A stretch of 64,000 bases of DNA, from the IMG/VR virus record IMGVR_UViG_3300023435_000009, one strand, 5' to 3'. The stretch comes from a virus (lineage: Duplodnaviria; Caudoviricetes). Of the stretch, positions 56,739 through 64,000 are shown in pieces. A program made the position numbers and the translations under genes. Positions within the stretch are counted from its first letter, which is position 1. Each line of letters starts with the position of its first letter. The notes under the pieces were generated by a model. That model searched no databases. It was not told where the DNA came from and saw only the letters and a program-made list of their open reading frames with translations.

Positions 56739-57668
56739 CTAACGGACGCAGCGTGTGCCGATACCGTCGTTGTCTATGTAAACACCGTTGACGCTGGCCT
56801 CTAGGAAATTCACGGACCAGGCATACAGATCACTGCCCGCCATCATAGCCGAAGACCAGTAGGAGGTGCAGCCCCCCTCCATCTCTTCCGGCCAATAGCA
56901 GCCCCCTTCTCCGGGGCCGTCCTTCCAGGAGCAGCCAGCGCACTGGTCTCCGTCATCGCAAAAGACGTCAAGGCAACCATCCTCCTCAACTTCGCAGCTA
57001 TCACTTCCAAGTTCTGTGTCCGCACAGCCCCGGATCAAACTCCTAAACTCCGAGATCGTTGGTAGCCGCCAACCTGCACCCTCACCCGCACAGTGCTCCG
57101 ACGCCCCAGCCCAGGACAGAGCCACAGAGGCAGAGAGCTTTGTCTCCCAGGTCAGCCCCGTTGCGGAGTCCATCCAAGTACCGTCATCCTGAATCCCCCG
57201 ATGGTCGGGCTCGTAACAAATACAGACCTCGTAAAACCCATCAGACCCACATTGTTGTAGTCCCGCTAGGGCACCGGGACAGGGGCAGGCTATTGTCTCT
57301 CCCTGCGAACAAGGACAAGCGCATGTCGTGTAAAAGAACCCGTCAAGATTGCACGTTTGATCGGACATATAGCCGTCACTACACACACAGGATTGAGACA
57401 CCCCCGGAATACACTGTGGGAAACGGGGCTCCTCAACGCAGAAGAAACCCACGCACACGTAGTCGCTGTCGCAGTCCGACGTCTTCGTGCAACTCTCCTT
57501 CTGATTGACCTCGGGTTCAGGCTCCTCGCAGACAAGGTCCACACAGATCAGACCGCTGTCACAGTCATCCGTCCTCGTGCAGCTCTCTCCTTCGCCACTT
57601 GTGCGGCCCACCTCCTCGTCACAAGACGTGAAAGCCAACAGAGCCAACAGCACAACCAGATACCTCAT
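56739..57668 (-). CDS. Cys-rich lipoprotein with C-terminal DUF1566/Lcl-like domain
   Basis: lipobox FTSC; repeated SCT.T.DC.S...C units; DSATGLTWE, WRLPTISEFRSL, AWSVNF, RCVR. Confidence 0.85.
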   Translation of the reverse strand: MRYLVVLLALLAFTSCDEEVGRTSGEGESCTRTDDCDSGLICVDLVCEEPEPEVNQKESCTKTSDCDSDYVCVGFFCVEEPRFPQCIPGVSQSCVCSDGYMSDQTCNLDGFFYTTCACPCSQGETIACPCPGALAGLQQCGSDGFYEVCICYEPDHRGIQDDGTWMDSATGLTWETKLSASVALSWAGASEHCAGEGAGWRLPTISEFRSLIRGCADTELGSDSCEVEEDGCLDVFCDDGDQCAGCSWKDGPGEGGCYWPEEMEGGCTSYWSSAMMAGSDLYAWSVNFLEASVNGVYIDNDGIGTRCVR

Positions 57669-58333
57669 CTCTACCCCCCCCTTTGTTTTATAAATCAGCC
57701 ACAATGAGCACCACGGTGCCCCAGTGCAATCCCTCATATTCTAATGCATCCATCTTCTAGCGCTCCTTCGAACCATACGAGATCACAGTACAGGGAGGAT
57801 CCACCTTGCCATCCAGTCGTGTGAATACGTCAACAGACCAGTGGGGGAGTTTGGAGGGGACAATCAACATCTTCACCCTTCTCTTACTGTCCAGCCAGAA
57901 GTAACGGAGGTTCCAGCGTTCTTGGCCGGAAACGTCCACCCAGCGGGTAGACGGTCCAAAGGCCTTGACGTGAGGGAAATCCAGCCCTCTCTGGTAGATG
58001 ACTCGGTTCAGTACCCGACTTCCGGTGCGGAAATCGAAGTGGCCTTCGGGAGTTCTCCCCCGGTAGATGGGTCGTTCCTTCTCACAAAAGATAGGGCCAC
58101 CCTTTAACGAACGACCCCAGGCGTCCTTGTCCTGCTCCTTTGCACTCCTGGATGTCAACGTTCGGAGCACCCTGGCGTGTGGCGTGGCCAAGCATTCCTG
58201 GGCCTTCCTCCTGAAACCGTCGAGGGACACCAACGTGCCCTCCTTGTAGTCTTCTAGGAGAACCTCCCATACTCTCTTGTTCTTTTTAGCCTGTCCCATC
58301 TTGACCTCCAGGATCATTCGTCCCTTACACCTA

Positions 58334-58361
58334 CTACTCTGCGGGTCAGGGAGATGATCCC
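58334..58361 (-). promoter_or_regulatory. conserved bipartite motif (putative phage promoter)
   Basis: GGGATCATCT-N12-GAGTAG. Confidence 0.8.
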
Positions 58362-59711
58362 TCGACCTTGGGCAGGACAGGCGAATACCGGGTGTTATCC
58401 AGGCACTCACGGAGGAGGGCGTCCAGGGTGGCATCGTTATCCTCGGTGAACTCTACGGCAACAGCGTCCCGCAGGAGTCTGAGGCACTCGGTGATGTTGA
58501 CCACGTGCGGTCCTTGGCGAACCTCCTCCTTGAAGATCTTGCGGAGCATCCATCGTTGGAAACGGGTCATGTCAGCCCTCCTCGATGTCGTCGTTGCCCC
58601 GTCCGGAAAAGCGCTTGCCCTCGTGTATCACGGTCCCAGACGGATCGACATAGATGCGCCCGGTCTGACAGAGGTCCCCGTTCACGGAGATGGTCCTCGG
58701 TCCCCTGACACATACCTCGTGAGCAACCAGCCACGCCTCTATTGCCGTGGCCACCTCCTCGCCCGTAAATTCGATGTTCACACCGGGGCCGAACTCGGTT
58801 TCCCCACTCCCCAGTTGCACCTTCATTGGGACACCTTCACCTTGTGGGTGCTCATCCACCTGGGGCCGTCCTTGTGGTACCCGCCTGTCACGACCTCATA
58901 GTAGCGGTCGCCTGCCTTGATGCGCCCACCCTTATGGTCCTTCCGGGCCGTCCGCACTTTGCTCTGGCGGGAGAAGGTCTCGACCATGAAGCCGAGGTCG
59001 CACCGGCAGTTGTCTTGGGTTTCGTCACAAAAGGCACAACGTGCGCCGTCACCTTCCCCGTCGAAACAACCACACTCGGGGGCGTCGCCATCGGTGTAGT
59101 CATACCATCCGCAATGCGGGCAACGCATCCGGCGGTATCCGTGGTCGTCAGCCCATTGCTCTCTGTCGGTGTGTGTGCTCATCGTGTGTTCTCCTATGCC
59201 TCGGTCAGGATGTCTATGGTCCGATAGGACCCCTTGTTGTCCCACCCTGCGATGGTGCTGATGCTGATGTCGACGTTGCACATGTCGTTGAGGAATTCGA
59301 GAGTGCCGTGCGGACCTTCCCCGCTGTAGCCCCATCCGAATCCCGTGTAGACCATCAGGACAATCTCCTGTATGTCTGTGTCACGATACGCCGCTTCCGT
59401 GCGGTAATCCGAACCATCAGTGTGGAATACCACGGTCTCAGGTATCCCGTAACGGGCCTGCATGTAGCGAGCGTTATCCAAGGAGATGTTGGTCACACCG
59501 CACTCATCCTTGAGGGACTTGGGAACCTTGCGGTTGGCCCGTCTCCAGGAACGGGCAGCAGCCTCGGCTTTCCTTTTGGTCCTCATGGTCACAACACCGT
59601 GGGGAGAGCGGAACTTCCACTCGTGGTCCCGTTCCTTCCACACTTCATAGAGTTCCTTGGTGTGTTTCTTCACGGTGTCTCCCCTGCGGGGTCATTTGCC
59701 CCTCACCCTTA

Positions 59712-59739
59712 CTACTCTGAGGTCGGAGGAGATGATCCC
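59712..59739 (-). promoter_or_regulatory. conserved bipartite motif (putative phage promoter)
   Basis: GGGATCATCT-N12-GAGTAG. Confidence 0.8.
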
Positions 59740-60052
59740 ACTACTTTGTTTCCCAAGGTCCTCGGGGAAGTCGTTCCTTCCACGAATCCTGGACGGCCTC
59801 GCTCTCGTACTTCCGGCACCCACAAACGAATGCCTCCTCCCCGCTGGGGGAAAGCTCGGTGTGGCCGAAACTGTCCTGGAGCCACCCATGATGGATCAAG
59901 GACCGCCACGTTGCGATGTAGGTCTTTTGCTTGGCCAGGGAGGTGCTAAGGACACGCCTGAGGGCCTGGTACTGACGTTTGGTGGGTTTCAGGTTTTTGC
60001 TTGTGATCGTCATCAAGGTGCTCCTTGCAGGGATCATTTGCCCTCACAAGTA

Positions 60053-60080
60053 CTACTCTGGTCCTGACAACGATGATCCC
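60053..60080 (-). promoter_or_regulatory. conserved bipartite motif (putative phage promoter)
   Basis: GGGATCATCG-N12-GAGTAG. Confidence 0.8.
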
Positions 60081-60146
60081 ACCTTGATCCCACCTTGTGC
60101 CAGGGACACGACGGTAGAGTAGATGATATAAGGCTGGGGGGCATCT

Positions 60147-60665
60147 ATGGGAAACAAAGAGCAGGAGAAAGAGAAACGGCGTAGGAAGGCAGCACAGCGC
60201 CGTGCAACCAAGCGTAAGGAAAGGACAGCCAAGGCCAGACAAACAAAGCCCAAGGGGCTTGCCGATGTGACCCTGGAGGAGTTTCCAGATGAGCAATTGC
60301 TTTTCTGGCTGGCTCAGGGTGTCAACTATCTCGTATCCGACTACGACAATGGAGTCTGGTCCCCGTTGGTAGAGGGCATCTACGAAGGCAAGGTACCTTC
60401 AGCGGAGGAGCTTGCCCGGCTGGTGATGGCTCGGTTCGCTGACGAAAAGGAATGGCCCATAGAGGCTAAGGCTGCAGTTGCCTGGTCCGTGAGTGACCGG
60501 AACATCGTCTACATCTACTACAAGGAGGTGCTCCGCCGCCTCCGAACAACCTATCCCGATGTGGATGACATCGAGGCACTCGCACGGCAACCGCATCAAC
60601 CCCAGGTCTGGCAAGTGTTCAAATTCCTCCGTGACAAGCTGCTGAAGAAGAGTGTTGGCCGATGA
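60147..60665 (+). CDS. hypothetical protein with basic N-terminus
   Basis: first ORF of a plus-strand operon ending in thyX. Confidence 0.65.
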   Translation: MGNKEQEKEKRRRKAAQRRATKRKERTAKARQTKPKGLADVTLEEFPDEQLLFWLAQGVNYLVSDYDNGVWSPLVEGIYEGKVPSAEELARLVMARFADEKEWPIEAKAAVAWSVSDRNIVYIYYKEVLRRLRTTYPDVDDIEALARQPHQPQVWQVFKFLRDKLLKKSVGR

Positions 60666-60954
60666 GTGACGGAACAGGCTCCACCAACCGTTTGGCCCGT
60701 AAAATCCGAGCAGGAGGCTGTTGCCCTGTTGGCAGTTACGAGCATCAGGTGCCCATGGCCCTTCGGGGACGTCGGCAGGAGATTGACATCTGTATTGCTG
60801 ATATTGTAGCCGCCCTGAACGCAGCCAACATCATCACCGTGGCAAGTTGCTGTGGGCACGGCGGGGAGAGGCTCGGAGACATCCTGTTGGAGGATGGGCG
60901 TGTGCTGTCTATTCAGATGCCCGAAAGGTCTACGGACACAACGGAGATCAGGTA

Positions 60955-61548
60955 ATGAGCACAGGAATTCGATTCGTAGACGTTCTTTTGCCTAAGCTGA
61001 GAGATGACAGCAAGACCCAAACCCGTAGGGTGGTGAAACCGCAACCCGACCAAGGGGGTGTCATTCGTCAGGGGCAAAACGAAGATGATCAACCTGTGTT
61101 TGTTGTGACCGAGTCTGGTTGCGGCGGGGAGTGGCACCACAACATCCAACCCCGTTATCTTACTGGTGACAGTGTCTACCTTCAGGAGCCCTTTTGGAGT
61201 AATGTGACAGGAAGCTCTATTCGGTTCTACCAGCCAAAGGGCAATGGTTGGGTTCCTGTATCTGGAAAGGGCTTGTCGGCGGCATATGCCCGCACCTGGC
61301 TCCGCATCACCAACGTGAGTGTCGAACGGTTGCAGGACATTAGCGAGGACGACTGCATTGCGGAAGGGATCGAGATGCAGGACGTGCGCCCCGGCAAATG
61401 GTTATTTCACGCTCCGGGTGTTGACGCTGATTTCTACTCAGCCCAAACTGCCTTCGCAGCCCTTTGGGACAGCCTCGCCAAACCTGATTTCCGTTGGAAG
61501 GACAACCCCTGGGTCTGGGTCTACACCTTCAAAAGGAAGACCTCATGA
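60955..61548 (+). CDS. ASCH-like phage protein
   Basis: KTQTRRVVKPQP, LRITNVSVERLQDISEDDCIAEG, NPWVWVYTF. Confidence 0.8.
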   Translation: MSTGIRFVDVLLPKLRDDSKTQTRRVVKPQPDQGGVIRQGQNEDDQPVFVVTESGCGGEWHHNIQPRYLTGDSVYLQEPFWSNVTGSSIRFYQPKGNGWVPVSGKGLSAAYARTWLRITNVSVERLQDISEDDCIAEGIEMQDVRPGKWLFHAPGVDADFYSAQTAFAALWDSLAKPDFRWKDNPWVWVYTFKRKTS

Positions 61549-62270
61549 TCCTGTTGAAACCCAGCTTCCACATCGAAGAGGGACTGTTCGGTGATGATGC
61601 ACTGCGTCTCATCGAGCGTGCCGGGCGTATCTGCTACAAGAGCGAGCCGAGGGGCAACCCGAAGGCCTTCGTGCGGAAGCGCCTCAGGCAAGGTCACGAA
61701 TCCATCCTGGAGCACGCTGGGTTCACCGTGCGGTTCGTGGTTGATCGGGGGATCTCGCACGAGTTGGTTCGACACAGGCTTGCGTCCTTCTCCCAGGAAA
61801 GCAGCCGTTACGTGGATTACACAGGAATGAAGTCGGACGGCCACTGCCAGTTCATCATCCCATCTTGGTTCGGTTCCGAGTACGAGGGTGGCTACTGGTT
61901 ACATTGGGAACAGGACAACTACCGCCGGGTCTGGCAGACGAAGGAAGGCGAAGCTTTCTATCAGGACGTCTGGTTGATGCCCGAGGACCCTGTCAGAATG
62001 TGGCTGAACGCTATGCTCCAGGCTGAAGGTCACTACCAGGCCCTTCGGGGAGCACAGTGGACACCACAGCAGGCCCGGAGCGTTCTACCCAACTCCACCA
62101 AGACCGAGATCTTTGTCACGGCAAACATCAGGGAATGGCGTCTCATAAGGAAACAACGGACAGCCCACGCTGCCCACCCGCAGATGCGGGAGGTGACGAT
62201 CCCCCTGTTGAAGGAGCTACGAACACGGACCCCTGTCCTGTTTGAGGACATCGAAGGAGCACCTGAATGA
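61545..62270 (+). CDS. thyX: FAD-dependent thymidylate synthase
   Basis: GHESILEH, SHELVRHRLASFSQESSRY signature. Confidence 0.95.
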   Translation: MILLKPSFHIEEGLFGDDALRLIERAGRICYKSEPRGNPKAFVRKRLRQGHESILEHAGFTVRFVVDRGISHELVRHRLASFSQESSRYVDYTGMKSDGHCQFIIPSWFGSEYEGGYWLHWEQDNYRRVWQTKEGEAFYQDVWLMPEDPVRMWLNAMLQAEGHYQALRGAQWTPQQARSVLPNSTKTEIFVTANIREWRLIRKQRTAHAAHPQMREVTIPLLKELRTRTPVLFEDIEGAPE

Positions 62271-62490
62271 CACTGGATGAGGCAATAGAGCACGCTGAGG
62301 ACACAGCCCGCCAGAAGCACAAGGATGGCCCCGACTGCACCTGTGCGGTGGAGCACCAGCAATTGGCTGAGTGGCTCAAAGAACTCAAGGCCCTCCGGGA
62401 ACGGGACGCTACAAAAATCGGCTCCGAGGTGGTCACCGAGACCCCTTAAAGTAGGTCGTGTCCTTTAGAAATGGATGCGTGGATTGAAAT

Positions 62491-63066
62491 CTAGCCCAGC
62501 ATCACCTTGTCCCGCCAGTAGTAGTAGGAGGCCTTCAGAGCGGCCTCGAAAGCCTCCGGCGACATCCCCGTGGCCGAGCCACCGTCATCCCCGAAGTGGT
62601 TGGCCATCAGGGTTTGAGGGATCATCGGCTCCTCATCCTCCGCAGAACAGAACTTCCCCAGCACACAGATGACGTTCCACTCGGTCTCGACGTAGGTTTC
62701 GTCCTCGGCCAGGACATCCCGATGGTAGAGCACGACGTCCACCGACCGGGGCGTCACCTTGGCCTCCGAGATGGGCGTGGGGCACTCGTACCCAACGGAC
62801 ATGCGGGGCGTCTCGCCGTCCCTCCGGGCCTTGTAGGACCCCCGGAGCTTGTCCCCCTCCTGGAGCACACGGATCCCTGCTTTGAAACCATCGGGTGAGA
62901 CGGGCACCAAGACGACGCCGTCCCGGTAGCCAGGGCGCTGGAGGTCGAAGTTCTCCTGGACCCGTTTGAGCAGTTCCTCGTCCGTGATCTCCCAGTGGGT
63001 GAGTCCGCTGTTGGGATCCCGTTGCCGGTCCACGAAAGGGCTCATTGCGATGCTTGGTGTCTTCAT
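62491..63066 (-). CDS. DUF3228-like protein
   Basis: GYRDGVVLVPV...ARRDGETP...VDVVLYHRDVL. Confidence 0.6.
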   Translation of the reverse strand: MKTPSIAMSPFVDRQRDPNSGLTHWEITDEELLKRVQENFDLQRPGYRDGVVLVPVSPDGFKAGIRVLQEGDKLRGSYKARRDGETPRMSVGYECPTPISEAKVTPRSVDVVLYHRDVLAEDETYVETEWNVICVLGKFCSAEDEEPMIPQTLMANHFGDDGGSATGMSPEAFEAALKASYYYWRDKVMLG

Positions 63067-63124
63067 GTTTCCTCCTGCCTGACAGGACGGACGGGGCTGT
63101 CAGGTTGTGACAGTTATACTGCCG

Positions 63125-63550
63125 TCACCTGTCTTCTAGGGGGATGCACGTTGCACGGGATGCCCCCCGAAGGCGACCATCGGCACCTTTCCACAGGAGC
63201 ACCCAGGAGGAATGCTCCTTCTCAAGCCAAGGGAGACGTCCATTAACGGCCCCTCTGGTTCGCACGATGGTCGAGCTTTCGCTGTCCCCTTGTGCTACGA
63301 GACCTTCCACATCCCAGATGTAGATGTGTGTGCCTCGTGGGACTCGGAAGAAACGGGTTTCCATAAAGATGTCGAAATACCCCGCTACCACCATGTCTTT
63401 GCGAGATGGGATCTTATCCGGTTCATACCCCATGTCCTCCATGCATTCAGCCCATTCCTCGTCTGTGTAGGAAGCAGGGGCTACTGTGATTTCGTTAATG
63501 CAGCGGCCATCCACTATTTTGTTTGGGCAGCGAGCACTACAGGGTATCAT
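63125..63550 (-). CDS. hypothetical protein
   Basis: first gene downstream of the motif at 63603. Confidence 0.55.
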   Translation of the reverse strand: MIPCSARCPNKIVDGRCINEITVAPASYTDEEWAECMEDMGYEPDKIPSRKDMVVAGYFDIFMETRFFRVPRGTHIYIWDVEGLVAQGDSESSTIVRTRGAVNGRLPWLEKEHSSWVLLWKGADGRLRGASRATCIPLEDR

Positions 63551-63602
63551 TTTGTCTCCTGGCCCTTCGGGTATCCATTAGCGTCCTCATGTACACCATT
63601 AA

Positions 63603-63630
63603 CTACTCGGACGGTCCCCCAGATGATCCC
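63603..63630 (-). promoter_or_regulatory. conserved bipartite motif (putative phage promoter)
   Basis: GGGATCATCT-N12-GAGTAG. Confidence 0.8.
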
Positions 63631-63770
63631 ACTAGTCGCCTTGGTGCGACTTCCCCGTCGTCTGAACTCCTGGTAGCGGGTGACCCCCAGGTGTTCCTTG
63701 AGGTACCTCGCCGTGTCTTTCCTTGGGATTGTGAAACTGAGGGTTAACGACAAGTCTCCGTCGTCCTCAA

Positions 63771-64000
63771 AGAAGGGGTACTTGACAGTACCCCTCAAAC
63801 TTACTAAAGTCTAATTGTTCCTGCTTGAAACAGGAGGCTGTTATGGCAGGAAGGCTTATGCTGATTGGGTAGGAGGTTCTGGTGTGCCCAGATGTTCTGG
63901 GGGTGAACACATTGGTACTAACGATCACCCACGAGGCGTAAAACGAGTGCTGAGAGAGCGATTCCGTCTTCGACGGACCAGTTCCTTGGGATTCGGACGG
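63771..64000 (+). mobile_element. internally deleted miniature derivative of the family-B TnpB element (runs off the window)
   Basis: left-end hairpins joined directly to sequence homologous to about 13622-13779 of the full tnpB. Confidence 0.85.

Noticed and set aside
55814-56740. Group I intron hosting the LAGLIDADG ORF
   Set aside because: The flanking genes (rtcB, lipoprotein) are complete and no split exon or P7-like core was recognised; treated as free-standing
60073-60096. Tandem TGATCCCACCT duplication
   Set aside because: Two copies only, most simply a local slippage next to the promoter box
1-64000. Stop-codon reassignment (suggested by a phage-borne release factor)
   Set aside because: Well-conserved genes (tdk, rtcB, thyX, udg) are full length in the standard code and end at TGA, TAA and TAG; no suppressor tRNA was seen
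1-64000. tRNA or rRNA genes
   Set aside because: No cloverleaf with T-loop GTTCRA and matching acceptor stem was recognised by eye; tRNAscan-SE or ARAGORN would be decisive

Overview
A gene-dense accessory and metabolic region (roughly 55-60% GC by eye, patchy), most likely from a large (jumbo-type) bacteriophage. No capsid, terminase or rRNA/tRNA genes were recognised. A Cys-rich DUF1566-type lipoprotein hints weakly at a myxobacterial/deltaproteobacterial host (inference). Recognisable genes: nucleotide metabolism (tdk, deoxynucleoside kinase, thyX, family-4 UDG), two DNA methyltransferases, RNA-repair and ADP-ribose-reversal enzymes (RtcB, HAD, receiver-like, macrodomain, ADP-ribosylglycohydrolase), two LAGLIDADG endonucleases, a glycosyl/methyltransferase operon, and four TnpB-family elements with no TnpA in the window. 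Main observations: (1) a domain-I-less release-factor gene, not correctly shown in the ORF track, with an RF1-type PxT motif and an intact RF2-type +1 frameshift cassette (AGGAGG-TCC-CTT-TGA-C); (2) an SF2 helicase followed by six genes built from about 18 helicase-associated (HA) repeats with a shared N-terminal peptide and a hypervariable helix; (3) a dispersed motif GATCATC[TCG]-N12-GAGTAG in 17 intact copies, plus an 18th split by a TnpB element, probably a phage-specific promoter regulon that also supplies in-frame stop codons to four genes; (4) a miniature TnpB derivative that keeps only the left end and the 3' (omega-RNA) region. Domain names come from motif recognition by eye, not from database searches.
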